A stretch of DNA of 63,101 bases, counting the filler, from Octopus bimaculoides (taxonomy: Eukaryota): assembly GCF_001194135.2 (NCBI RefSeq). It is 8 parts of 8 records of this genome, joined end to end, with 100 filler letters (N's around TTAATTAATTAA, not from the genome) between each part and the next. Parts side by side here need not be neighbours in the genome. Positions count along the whole stretch, not along the records: positions 45,768 to 54,646 come from NC_069006.1; positions 54,747 to 58,061 come from NC_068998.1; positions 58,162 to 60,396 come from NC_068983.1; 5 more parts are not named here. The stretch is one strand, 5' to 3'. Positions 46,237 through 59,716 of this stretch are shown in pieces; the first letter of the stretch is position 1; each line of letters opens with the position of its first letter. The notes beneath the pieces are model-generated. The model made no database searches and was not told the origin of the DNA. It saw only the letters and a list, made by a program, of their open reading frames with translations. Position numbers and translations under genes: made by a program.

Positions 46237-46667
46237 GATTGTGAAGAGGTAACAGAACAGCTCAACTGAGCCAACAGTTTTTCATGCATTGATGCCGAGT
46301 GGAGGAATCCTAAAAGATCAATGGTCAGGATCCCCAAGCTCTATCAAGGGAGTAACTGCAGCACATCCATAGAGGTGGCATCATTGGTTGCGTAATCAAC
46401 AAATGACTCAAGCTCTCAACTCAAATTCATAATAATGGAATTGGATGAGAAGAGAGAGTCGTGGGAATCTGGGAACGCATTGTGGCAGATTGTGAAGAGG
46501 CAGTGGAAGAGCTCAGCTGATGTTGAGTGGAGGAGTCCTAGAAGGCCAATGGTCAGTAACTGTAACACACATCCATAGGGGTGACATCCATAGTTGTGTA
46601 ATCAGCTGATGACAGATTCACCAGGACTCAAGTTTCAAATTCAAATTTATGAAAATGGAATTGGATG
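46237..46667. repeat. Diverged tandem duplication, period about 250 bp
   Basis: Ordered shared blocks gattgtgaagagg, gagtggagga.tccta, caatggtcag, cacatccatag, gactcaag, aatggaattggatg at 46237-46447 and 46488-46667. Confidence 0.8.
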
Positions 46668-48661
46668 GCAACAGTCATGAGAATTCGTGAAAGCAGCGCA
46701 ACCAAATGCCTAAATTAAAACACTCGTTACTACTACTACCACCACAACCACCACCACCATCACCACCACTACCACCACTACTACTACTACTACTACTAGA
46801 TTTTTGGAATTTGCTTGTCCCACAAAGATTTTGTCAAATAAACTGCATCCATTTCATTCTTTCCCAAACTTCCGTAATAACAGTAGGTGGAGTGTAGGAG
46901 TGTGGTGTGTGGGAACACAAACCCAAGGGGGTTTTGTGTTTGCCTGTCGCTGTTGGCAAACTGCAAAAGAGAGTGAGAGGTGTCAGTTGTTCAAACATAA
47001 CATCACTGATAATGTATATAACAATTGGATTTATAACTATCCAAATGGTTTTGTCTGGTCTCTGGTTCAGTTGGAGCTGGGCTGGGTTGGGCTGGGTTGG
47101 TTGGAGAAGAGGACCAAACTGTGGAAATGACTGAACTTTTCGTTGAGTGGGCAGAGAGTAGGAGAGAGAGAAAAGTGACGGAACATGTCACCAACTGTGA
47201 AGGAGGAGAACGAGAAAGGTTTTCTGGCACCACACAAGACCTCAAACAACAACAACAACAACAGCAGCAGCAGCAGCAAGCAATGATGATGATGATGATG
47301 ATGATGATGACGATGATGATGTTACAATGGCAATAATGATCATATNNNNNNNNNNNNNNNNNNNNNNNNNNNNNNNNNNNNNNNNNNNNNNNNNNNNNNN
47401 NNNNNNNNNNNNNNNNNNNNNNNNNNNNNNNNNNNNNNNNNNNNNNNNNNNNNNNNNNNNNNNNNNNNNNNNNNNNNNNNNNNNNNNNNNNNNNNNNNNN
47501 NNNNNNNNNNNGGGAAAGGGACGGGGAGGGGACGGGGAGGGGAGGTGGAGAAGAAAGAGAAGAGGAAGAAGAACAACAACAAAAAACAAGAGGAAGAACA
47601 ACAACACAAAAACAAGAGGAAGAACAACAACAACAAAAACAAGAAGAAGAAGAAGAAGAACGAGAAGAAGAAGAAGAAGAAGAAGAAGAATGAGAAGAAG
47701 AAGAAGAAGAAGAAGAGGAAGCAGAAGAAGAATGTAAAAGATGATGATGAAAAAGAACAAACAAACAACATCAACAACAATAACAACAGTAAGAATGGAA
47801 GTAATAACAAAAGTTGATGAAGGCAACTGTCATGGCAGAAAATTAGCAAGCTATATTGAATGTATGTGATGACATAGGAAACACTTCAGATGTCCTCTGT
47901 ACACAAGATTTCAGTTCAAAGCGACAAAGCTTTTCTGCACAGTAAATTTGATTGACACGTAAAATGGATTCCACACCATCTTCAGATCTTTTACCTTCTT
48001 TATCAGTCACTGAAATACAATTTGGTCAGTCGACATCACTCGTGCTTGTTTGTGTTTAGTAACAAACTTAGCCTAGTTTGGCCTCGTTAACTCTTGTGGC
48101 TGTTTCCTTTCAGAATGGTCCTGTTTACAACTCGTTTTGAGGGAGAGAGAGAGAGACAGAGAAAGGCAGGTGGGAAGGTAAGTACTTAAGGTTGTTAGAG
48201 AAGACAATGGGAGAAGCAGAATTAGAAAAAAGAGCAAGGGGGGGGGGGCTGGAATAAAAGTGTCCAGCAAATCAGATGAAGACAAATAAACTGATGCAAT
48301 CTCTGGAGAATATGTACTTGATCAGTCCTAGGTAAGAATTGACAGGGTAATATTGGTGTCAAGATAGAGTAATTAACAAGACAGGTGAGAGAGAAAGAGA
48401 GAGATATGGGGCAAGAGAGAGAGAAATAGTGGGGGGGGGGGGAAGACAGGTGGTAATAGAAATGGGAACAACAACAGCAATAACAGCAGCAGAAAATGTA
48501 GTGGAGCAATAGTGGTGATGATGGTGGTAGTGAAGGCAAAAGCAGCAGCAGCAGCAGCTAAGAGACTAACTACCACTTGACACAATCAAAAGAAATCTGC
48601 AGGGAATGAAAAAAAAGAATATCTCAAATCTGAGAAAGCTTCAATGCCTGTAACACAAGTA

Positions 48662-48699
<38 letters not shown>

Positions 48700-48854
48700 T
48701 ATATATACACACACACACATATATACATACATACATGCATGCATGTATCTATATATGTAATGGTGATGGTGGGGATAAACATAGACACACAAAAACACAC
48801 ACATACACACAGAGGCAGGCAGGCAGGCGGACGGACGGACGGACGGACGGACAT

Positions 48855-49112
48855 TCATTCAGTTTCCATCTACCAAATCCACTCACAAGGCTTTGGGCAG
48901 CCTGAGGCTGTAGTAGAAGACACTTGCCCAAGGTACAATGCAGTGGGACTGAACCTGGAACTATGTGGTTGGGGAGCAAGCTTCTTACCACACAGCAACT
49001 CCTGTGCCTATATATAGGCTATAGTAGAAGACATTTGCCCAAAGTGCCACACAGTGGGAATGAACCCAGAACCATGTGGTTGGTAAGCAAGCTACTTACC
49101 ACACAGCCACTT
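48855..49112 (-). mobile_element. Family B SINE plus tandem partial copy
   Basis: Same consensus as 26463-26620; second head block at 49015-49112. Confidence 0.85.
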
Positions 49113-49190
49113 CTACTCATCTCTTTAAACTAACTCCAATATGTGTCAGAAATATATATATATGTGTGTGTATATATATATATATATATA

Positions 49191-49241
<51 letters not shown>

Positions 49242-49746
49242 ATATATATACACAGACACACACACTCTCACTCTCTCTTTCTCACACGCACACATACGCA
49301 TACACTTGCACATGCACACAAAGACATATACATGCACGTACCCACAGCTACATACATGAAGACACAGCTACGGCCCAGCTCCTTGCATCCTGACCCGGCT
49401 TGGCCTTACTTTGCCACAGCAATTCACTTAACAGAAACTAAATTAATATTTATCTCTTCAGTATACGCAAAGAGAACGCTTCTACTCCCTCGCACCACCG
49501 CCGCCACCACCACCACCACTACCGCCACCACCACCACCACTGCCACCACCGCCGCCACCACTACCGCCAATAAAGAATTGTATCATCTCTCCTTCCCCCA
49601 CTAACCCACCGCCACCCTACCNNNNNNNNNNNNNCCTACCTATATCATTATCCTGCCTGTGTTAGCCCGCCTCCCCCACCCCCAAAGGATTTCCTATCGA
49701 GTGCCATCGCCACTGTGAAGATGACAGTGGAGCAGGCACCCAAATG

Positions 49747-49783
<37 letters not shown>

Positions 49784-49859
49784 GCACGCACACGCACACA
49801 CACGCACACACACGCACACACACATACATTCACAAATCTATGAACAGATGTACAGATGT

Positions 49860-50375
49860 ATGAAGATGATAATGGTGTTGGTGATGATGACGGTGGTGGC
49901 GATGACGATGACGATGATGACGATGATGGTCATGATCAAGATCATAATGATGACGGTAGTGATAATGACCATGATGATAATGATGATATTATAGTGATAT
50001 TAATAATGATGAAATTGCTTATGGTGATGGTGGTGGCAGTAGTAGTGGTGGAAGCAGTAGTGGTGGCAGTGGCAGCCATAATGATGATGACAATGATGAT
50101 GACAATGATGACGATGATGATGATGATGACGATGATGATGACGATGACGATGGTGATGATGATGATGATGACGATGGTGATGATGATGATGATGACGATG
50201 GTGATGATGATGATGATGATGGTGATGGTGATGATGATGATGACGATGGTGATGATGATGATGATGATGCTGCTGATGATGATGATGATGATGATGCTGA
50301 TGATAGTGGTGGTGGTGGTGGTGGTGGTGATGATAATGATGATGATGATGATGGATGAGGATGAAATCCAATGGA
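49860..50375. repeat. About 500-bp (GAT/GGT)n trinucleotide low-complexity tract
   Basis: Direct reading; yields poly-Met, poly-His, poly-Ile and poly-Ser ORFs. Confidence 0.95.
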
Positions 50376-50813
50376 TAAATGAAGCATGAGGGAGAGAGGG
50401 TAGGGAGAAATAGGGAACAAACAAAAACAAAAGGAAATGGAGGGGGGGTATGTGTGCGTATGTGTTTCTTTGCGCGTGTGCGTGTGCGTGTGCGCGTGTG
50501 TGTGTTTAATATTTACTCAATAACATCAGCAGATGTTAGAATGATCTGATGAAAGGAAACAATGAAAAAGAGAGGAGACATAATGAAATGAAACGAAATG
50601 AAATGCCAGGGTAAACAATAGAGCTTCACAGAAAAACATACCAAAAAAAAACCCAAAAAAAACAATATATATATAAAATATACAAACTTTTGGGTTAGGA
50701 TCAAGCTTTATCAAAATTGTTTTTGTTTCTTATAACTTTTATTTGTTTATTTCGTTATTTATTTATGTGATAATCCATTCTTGTCATGTGCCTCAAGCCA
50801 GTGCCCTTGTGGC

Positions 50814-50814
<1 letters not shown>

Positions 50815-50852
<38 letters not shown>

Positions 50853-50895
50853 TCTTGTTGTTGTTATAATTATTCCAGTGATTATTATTGCTGCA

Positions 50896-50942
<47 letters not shown>

Positions 50943-50982
50943 CATTATTAGCAATCCTATGATTAGCATTAATATTGTTCTT

Positions 50983-51013
<31 letters not shown>

Positions 51014-51171
51014 ATCACCACCGTCATCATCATCTTGATCATTATCATCACCATCACCACCACCATCCGGATCCTCATCACCATCATCATCATCATCATC
51101 ATCATCAGAATCCTCCACATCATCATCATCATCAGAATCTTCCACATCATCATCATCATCAGAATCTTCCA

Positions 51172-51215
<44 letters not shown>
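50815..51215. repeat. Compound (AAT)(ATT)(ACT)(CAT) tract with a 27-bp higher-order unit x3 at 51106-51186
   Basis: cagaatc(c/t)tccacatcatcatcatcat starts at 51106, 51133 and 51160. Confidence 0.92.
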
Positions 51216-51216
<1 letters not shown>

Positions 51217-51998
51217 TGGATGACACTGACACAAGACAGACATGCAGGCATACAGGCAGGCAGTGACAAACCTGTAAATGAAACAGTTGATAGCAAACAG
51301 AAGGGACAGCAGAAAAGAGGGGACACCCCCCCCCACACACACACACACACAATGGGATTGCTGATGTTGCTACAGATATTGCCGTTCTTGTTGTTGTTGT
51401 TGTTGTTGTTATTTCCGGGGATGTCCAGAGGGTAGTAATGGTTATTATATAAAAGCGTATTCAAAAGTGTATGAATGCACGTACGACTGCATGTGTGCAT
51501 GCATGCATATGCACACACGCGCATTAAGAATGTAGAAACAGCAAACGGCGCGGAGGGGTAGGGGGGAAGACAATAAGAGAAACCCTGTTTAAGAAATAAA
51601 TAAGCCCCACAAAAACAAAACCCCCAAATAAGGGCAACTGGGGGAGGCCAAGAACAGCAAAGAGTAACTGCATAGCTTCGTACAGGATCGAAGGGGGTGC
51701 GTGAGTGAAGATACGCAATGTGGACTTTATATAGACATGGACCCAGCGACATCCACATCACAAACGCATGCCTGCACATATGGTTGTCTGTCTGTCTGTC
51801 TAATCCGATGCTGACCCCTCTTTGTCTTCATTTGCATCGTCCTTTGATGACGATGCATCTCAGTCTCTAATGCACAGCTTCAGAGACGAGACAAGACAAG
51901 ACGAGTAATGCTTGGTCAGAGAGACCAGGTACCATACACTGCACCACCACCTTTTAAGTTTCTCCATCACCCTTCAATATATATGATGATGATGATGA

Positions 51999-52043
<45 letters not shown>

Positions 52044-52058
52044 TAAAGGATGATGATG

Positions 52059-52099
<41 letters not shown>

Positions 52100-52132
52100 C
52101 ATACATAAATACACACACAGACACTTACATAT

Positions 52133-52171
<39 letters not shown>

Positions 52172-52394
52172 CATACATACATACACACACAGACACATAC
52201 ACACACACACACACATATGTATACTATACACATACATATATACATACATATATTGAAGGGTCTGACGGACTTTAAGAAATGTGTGAGTGTGAGGCCGTGA
52301 ACATGTGTGTGTGTGTGCTAATAGATTACACAAGACAATGTAATAGACATCTATGCAGAGACATGAACCAGTATAAGCAAATACATGCATGCAT

Positions 52395-52452
<58 letters not shown>

Positions 52453-53349
52453 CATATATATGTGAAGGGAGAGAGAGAGAGGTACATGGCGACAGAGATG
52501 CAGCCGGGACACAAGTATAAATTACATATATATATAACTTTTAGGGGCAACAACAACAACAACAACAACACCCAATGAACAATCAAAAGNNNNNNNNNNN
52601 NNNNNNNNNNNNNNNNNNNNNNNNNNNNNNNNNNNNNNNNNNNNNNNNNNNNNNNNNNNNNNNNNNNNNNNNNNNNNNNNNNNNNNNNNNNNNNNNNNNN
52701 NNNNNNNNNNNNNNNNNNNNNNNNNNNNNNNNNNNNNNNNNNNNNNNNNNNNNNNNNNNNNNNNNNNNNNNNNNNNNNNNNNNNNNNNNNNNNNNNNNNN
52801 NNNNNNNNNNNNNNNNNNNNNNNNNNNNNNNNNNNNNNNNNNNNNNNNNNNNNNNNNNNNNNNNNNNNNNNNNNNNNNNNNNNNNNNCCCCCCCCTCCCC
52901 CAACCCCCTTACATCATTTCATCTGCGGCAGCAGTAGTGATGGTGGTAGTGGTGGTGGTCGCGGTGGTGGTCGTGGTGGTAGTAGTGGTGGTTGTTGTGT
53001 CATCAGATTCATAAGATTCACTAGATATACTACCATTACTACAACTATTGCTATCACTACAACAGATGCCACCTTACTTAGCTGGAGCTTGAATTGCCAA
53101 TCCTGTCTTTATGAGAGACTACACATACTCCATTAACCTGCAGTATCCATCAATAGGAAGAATAAATTATGTTAATATTATCGCTTGTTATGTCTTGTTA
53201 TGCCTTGTTAACAAACTTGTGTGCTTTGTTAACAGACTTGAAGCCACTGGCAGTTAAAAAACCAGATATACCAGCTTAGACCAAGTTATCTCAAACACAA
53301 GAGCAGTCCAGAGAGAAGCTAAAAGAATAGTGCAAGAAAAGCACATGGT

Positions 53350-53390
<41 letters not shown>

Positions 53391-53392
<2 letters not shown>

Positions 53393-53540
53393 GATGGGCT
53401 TCTTTCAGTTTCAGTCTACCAAATCCACTCGCAACTTTTTGGTCAGCCCAAGGCTATAGTTGAAGGTACTTGCCCAAAGTGCCACACAGTAGGTCTGAAC
53501 CTAGAACCATGTGGTTGGGAAGCAAGCTTCTTACCATACA
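53391..53540 (-). mobile_element. Family B SINE
   Basis: gatgggcttctttcagtttc...cttgcccaaagtgccacacagt...aaccatgtggttggg. Confidence 0.82.
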
Positions 53541-53723
53541 ACCAACACACACATCCATCCACACACACACACACTTTTGCTAATTCATTTGATAAAACAA
53601 TTTGCTCTACAGTTATGTATAATTTGCATAGAAGCCTTTTTGAATTTTTAGTTTCCTTAATCTTTGATAAAATAAGATATATATATATACATATATATAT
53701 ATTTATATATGTATGTGTATATG

Positions 53724-53784
<61 letters not shown>

Positions 53785-54587
53785 GTATATAGTTTGTGTG
53801 TGTATTGCATGAGAACATAATCAAAATGTGAAGGAATATTAGGTGATATTAAATATGTTACAACTTATATATTTGTATACACACACAAACACACACACAC
53901 ATAGAGAAATACATATTATTTGTAATAAAGTTGGAAACAAAAAACATGAAATGCATGTACATATTTGTGTATTTATACACATGTTATGTGTATTTAGTTT
54001 CCTAAATAACAGAAGGCTACACACACACACACACACACATAGAGAATGAAAGGAAATGAATGATGGGGGCGGGGAAGAGAGAATAAGAACTGCTTACATT
54101 GTTAAGGTAGATGGAATCAGAAATTACAGGAGTGGAAACAGAAAAGAAACACAAACAACAGAATAGAGGAAGGTGAGGGTACGGGAAAAAGGTAGAAACG
54201 CAAAGGTGATGACTTGTCTTCCCATCTACAGCATGAAGAGTTTGTTAGGGTATTTATAGATACACATGTAAATTAGAGAGTAGTGGATAGAATTATGCTC
54301 GCCGAGATGAAAAGGATGCTGCAGATGAAATTAAGGATATATCTGCAAAGGGATGAATGATTGGGAAAAATTTGTATATTGCTGTACTTGGCAGAGAGAT
54401 CCAAAGTTGATGTGTGTGTGTGTGTGTACACACACACACATATATATACATATATACACACATATATATCCATATATACATATATATATATATATACATC
54501 CATGTATATCCATATATATTTCTACACACATATATATATATATATATACACATATATACATATATATATATATATACATATATATAT

Positions 54588-54646
<59 letters not shown>

Positions 54647-55268
54647 NNNNNNNNNNNNNNNNNNNNNNNNNNNNNNNNNNNNNNNNNNNNTTAATTAATT
54701 AANNNNNNNNNNNNNNNNNNNNNNNNNNNNNNNNNNNNNNNNNNNNAGAGAAATAGAAAGAAATATATATTTAGAGATAGAAAGAAACAAAATAGCACGG
54801 TGCTAAGTAGATTAATTTGGCAACTTAAAGACCAAAATAAGGAGTATTCTTTAGAATGGTCAATTGTAGGAAAACAGTTTCCTTACGACAAGGGCAAAGA
54901 TTTTTGTTCCCTCTGTAATTTAGAATTGTATTTCAGACTTGTTTCTAAGGGTGACCTAGTTAACAAAATCACATAAAGAGCTTTCAGATGTCAACATATG
55001 AGTAAACATATATTTTTATTTTTTTAAATCTACTTTGTAGAGGTTAGTTAACAACATACTAGGACATTATTATAACTTGGTTTAGCTTTAACTACATGCC
55101 AGGATATTATATTAAATTTGTTTAGCTTTATTTTCATATAACCTTTTCATATATGTACAATGGTAAGTTCAGTTCCTACTTTATTGAAGTTTCTCTTATA
55201 ATTCTATGTAATTTTTGTATAGATGACATCGAAATTATGGTTGACTGCTCATATATGGTTGACTGCTC

Positions 55269-57347
55269 ATCATCATCATCATCGTCATCATTTAACGTCC
55301 ACTTTCTATGCTGGCATGGGTTGGACGATTTGACTGAGGACTGGCGAACCAGATGGCGGCACCAGGCCCCAATCTGATCTGGAAGAGTTTCTACAGCTGG
55401 ATGCCTTTCTTAACGCCAACCAGTCCGAGAGTATAGTGGGTGCTTTTATGTACCACCGCCACGAGGTCCAGTCAGGCGGTACTGGCAACGGCCACACTTG
55501 AATGGTTTTTTTTACGTGCCACCTGCACAGGAGCTAGTGCAGTGGCACTGGCAACGACCTCGCTCAAATATTTTTTCATGTGCCACCGGCACAGGTGCCA
55601 CTAAGGCGACGCTGGTAACAATCACGCTTGAATGGTGTTTTTCTATGTGCCACCCGTACAGAAGCCAGTCAGCTGCTTTGGCGACGATCAGGCTCGGATG
55701 GTGCTGTTAGCTCTCCACTAGCACAGATGCCAGTCATCAAATTTGATTTCGATTTCACTTACCTCAAGAGGTCTTTGCAAGCAGAGTTTAGTGACTAATG
55801 AAGGCAAGGTACGCACAAGTGGGCTGGTTACACCCCTGGCATAGGCCATGGGTTATGGTCTCACTTGGCTTGTTGGGTCTTCTCAAGTATGGCATATTTC
55901 CAAAGGCCTAATGTTCAAAGGTCGTGCTTCACCACCTCATCCCAGGTCTTCCTGGATCTATTTCTTCCACAAGTTCCCTCAACCGCTAGGGTGTGGCAAT
56001 TTTTCACACAGCTATCCTCATCATTCTTGCCACATGATCAGACCAGTGCAGTCGTCTCTCTTGCACACCACATCTGATGCTTCTTAGGTCCAACTTTTCT
56101 CTTAAGGTACTTACACTCTGTTGAGTATGCACACTGACATTACACATCCAGTGGAGACTATTGGCTTCATTCCTTGCAAGCTTATGCATGTCCTCAGCAG
56201 TCATGGCCTATGTTTCACTGCCATGTAGCATGGCTGTTCGTACACATGCGTCATACAGTCTACCTTTTACTCTGAGTGAGAGGCCCTTTGTCACCAGCAG
56301 TGGTAAGAGCTCTCTGAACTTTGCCCAGGCTATTCTTATTCTAGCAGCTACACTTTCAGAGCACCTACCCCTGCTACTGACTTGGTCACCTAGATAATGG
56401 AAGCTATCAACTACTTGTAGTTTTTCTCCCTGGAATGTGGTAGAAGTTTTTTTTGTGCACATTTTCAGTGTTTATTGCTCCTGAGCATCTCCCACATACA
56501 AAAACTATCTTCCCAGTTAGCCTTCCTTTGATATTGCTGCACCTCTTATGTGTCTATAGCTTACACTGGGTANNNNNNNNNNTCCCAGTTAGCCTTCCTT
56601 TGATATTGCTGCACCTCTTATGTGTCTATAGCTTACACTGGGTACATCTTATAGAGTTTCTACCTACGCTTTTTCTACAGATCGAGCAGGGCCATCTACT
56701 TGAACGGGTTTGTGGTTTGTCTGCCTTCCTACTTATCAGGACTTTGGTTTTAGCTAGGTTGATTCTAAGGCCCTTCGATTCTAATCCTTGCTTCCACACC
56801 TGAAACTTCTCGTCTAGTTCTGATAGTGACTCAACAATCAAAACAAGGTCATCAGCATAGATGAGCTCCTGGAGGCAACCCATCTTGAATTCCTCTGTTA
56901 TTGCCTGGAGGACTATGATGAATAAGAGGGGGCTGAGGACTGATCCTTGGTGAACCCCTACTTCTACCTGGAATTCTTCAATATACTCATTGCTGACCCT
57001 CACCCTACTGACAGCATCCCGGTACAGATCTTGTTTAGCTCTTACTAAACACTCATCTATCCCTAGTTTCTGCATTGCCCACCAGATAAGGGATGGGGTA
57101 CCCTGTCAAAGGCTTTCGCCAAGTCAACAAAAGCCAAGTACAGAGGTTTATCTTTGGCTAGGTATTTCTCTTGCAGTTGCCTTACCAGAAATATAACATC
57201 AGTAGTGCTTCTACCTGGCACAGAACCAGACTGTATCTCATCTGGGCTAACTCTCTCCTGTATTAGTTGGTCTATGACCCTCTCTGTCACCTTCATCACC
57301 TGATCCAGCAATTTGATACCCCTGCAGTTATTTCTTTCTAAAGCATC
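55269..57347 (-). mobile_element. 5'-truncated RTE-clade LINE (RT, PHD-like insert, C-terminus, long 3' UTR, (GAT)n tail); frameshifted with stops
   Basis: RGIKLL...AFVDLAKAFDRVP, GVHQGSVLSPLLF, YADDLVL, INLAKTKVL, VVDSFHYLG, RRLHWSDHVARM, RSRKTWDEVVKHDL. The 3' end grades into a (CAT)n tract on + at about 55269-55290. Confidence 0.93.
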
Positions 57348-58499
57348 ATATATATACATATACACACACACATACACACACATAAATCTTTAGTTAAATA
57401 TATTCTATGAGAATATTATATGCTGAATTTACAGTGAGTGCTCTTTTGTATCAAAATATTAATACTATTAAAGTATTTATACATGTAATACGAGCAATTA
57501 TACATAATATATAATATATTGAAAGTGAGAGAGAGAGGGAGAGAGATATGTCTATGTTTATTTTCTCCTATAGCTGAATTTTGTTATGATCGGGTATTAG
57601 GGTCTGGGTTTTAGTATTTTTAGTTCTGCTATTGCTCTATTTACTTATTCGTACATCCGTTCATATACATGTGCAAGTGTATATACATATGCATGGGTAT
57701 ATGTGGAAAAATGTGTGTATATGTGTATGTATGTGTGTATGTGTGTATATATGTATATGGGTATGTGTATGCATATGTATGCGTGTATGTATGTATATGT
57801 ATGCGTGTATGTATGTATATGTGTATATATACTTAAAGGGCGGATGAACTCCTGAACAATCAATGACCATCCAACAAAATGTCTGTAAATATGTATATAT
57901 ATATATATGTATGGGTGTGTATATATGTGTGAATGTCTGTAAATATGTATATATGAATAATTTTAATTTTATATATATACTATTTTTTAATCTTTTATAT
58001 TTTATTTATATATATATATATTTTTTTTTTTATTTATTTATTTATTTATTTTTTTTTTTTTNNNNNNNNNNNNNNNNNNNNNNNNNNNNNNNNNNNNNNN
58101 NNNNNTTAATTAATTAANNNNNNNNNNNNNNNNNNNNNNNNNNNNNNNNNNNNNNNNNNNNACAAACGTGTGCTTTCTACAAGCACTTAGTGTTTTCAAA
58201 TAAAAGTCAAACAGTTAGAATTTTAACAGAAATTGCAGTTAATAAAAGAGTAGTTATTATAAATAATAACTCTAATAACCAGCAATTTTCACCACGAACA
58301 CATGTACGACGCGTAACCAACAAACTCACAGAGACGAAATACCGCTAAGCATTTCGCCCGGCGTGCTAACGTTTCTGCACCTGACACTTCGACACCTGAC
58401 GTGTGGTACACCATGCACCTGTTCAGATAATGTTGATTTGATGGAGTGAGTGAGCGGGGCACAAACCATCTTTTGTCCCCACTACTTTTTCCCAATTAA

Positions 58500-59514
58500 A
58501 AAACAAAGTACCACCGTCATTCTAGGTGGCATATTGCATAGTGTCAAACTAATGCAGAAGGAGCTTAAAATATGCGCAAAGAAGGAAAATTTCAGGAGCT
58601 GTTCAATACAGCAGTAAAAATAATTTGTCAACACGATATTTCTTCTTTGGAGCCACTCAGGCAACGAAAGGTTCCTAAAAGATACCAGGAAGGAAATGCG
58701 TTAAAATATCAACACTGCACTGTTTTGGATCATTACAGAGTGCAGTATTTGCAGTTAGTGGATACTGCAATAGAAAATTTGAAAGATTATTTGTTTCACA
58801 GGATTTAGCAGATTATGAAAAACTGAGCAATATTTTACTCAATGAAAATTTTCGTGCTGAAGTGATTATGCAGTTTCCAGAGTTTGATGAATTTTCTATA
58901 AGGAACGAAGTACATTTTTTATAGAAATCATCATAGTGGATCATCTCTTAAGGATCATCATAAAATATTCGGTGAAATGCAACCAGAAGTCCGTCGCATA
59001 TTTTTTAAACGTTGAGCGATTGCTCAGGCTACTTTTAGTGTTTCCAACCGGTTCTTGTGAAGCTGAAAGATCTTTTAGCGCTCTGCGGAGACTCAGAACT
59101 TAGCTGCAATCGACCATGACTCAGTAAAGGTTGAATCATATTCTAATATGCCACGTCCGTAGAAATGTTTTGAAAAAGGTTAGTTGTGAAGAAGTTGCTA
59201 AATTATTTACTGACAGCTATGATGAGAGATATAATATATTAGGAAAGTCCTAAAAGACAATAATTTTACTTTAGATTTTTTATTCAAACATCTATGTCTT
59301 ATTTTTTGTTTATTTGGTATAACAAATTCTTTTTAGGCTTTTTTTTTTTTAATATCTGAACTTCATTTGAATATATAAAATTTAATCAGCGTAAAATTTT
59401 ACTTATGTGATAGGGCCCGGAAAAGGCATCATAAGCACTACTAACATGCCCTTTAAGAATCAACAAATGCTGGTTTATCCCCCACTCACATTTGAAAGAC
59501 AACTGAGGCCCCTG
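58500..59514 (+). mobile_element. hAT transposon 3' part with C-terminal dimerisation domain
   Basis: RLLRLLLVFPTGSCEAERSFSALRRLRT*LQSTMTQ*RLNHILICHV is the hAT dimerisation signature. A candidate terminal ggcccctg ends at 59514. Confidence 0.8.
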
Positions 59515-59652
59515 GGGGCAGTTAGGATACTTGGGAAGGTTCTTGGCATCTAAGGTTACTTACTAGTTGTAGCCCGATGTTAGGAATTTTTCTTTTCCAA
59601 CAGTCTAATCTGTTGAGTGTATATGAATGATGATGATGATGACAACAATAAC

Positions 59653-59716
<64 letters not shown>

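Noticed and set aside
46804-47130. 108-aa plus-strand ORF in unique sequence
   Set aside because: No recognisable domain, no ATG start, and partly made of gggtt/ctggg repeats.
47995-48009. 15-nt minus-strand microexon candidate (ttgtatttcag/TGACTGATAAAGAAG/gtaaaa)
   Set aside because: Weak donor, no neighbouring exons or homology to anchor it; expected by chance in 63 kb.
49856-50430. Poly-Met, poly-His, poly-Ser and poly-Ile ORFs
   Set aside because: Pure GAT/GGT trinucleotide repeat, open in several frames on both strands, with no unique coding context.
56619-56624. TAG at the PHD Trp position that A-to-I editing could recode to TGG
   Set aside because: The element has other frameshifts and stops and is 5'-truncated; a plain G>A mutation is the simpler explanation.
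56511-56644. Direct duplication of about 60 bp inside the RTE PHD region (similar case at 43760-43840)
   Set aside because: Identical copies flank a 10-N gap, typical of unmerged contig overlaps.
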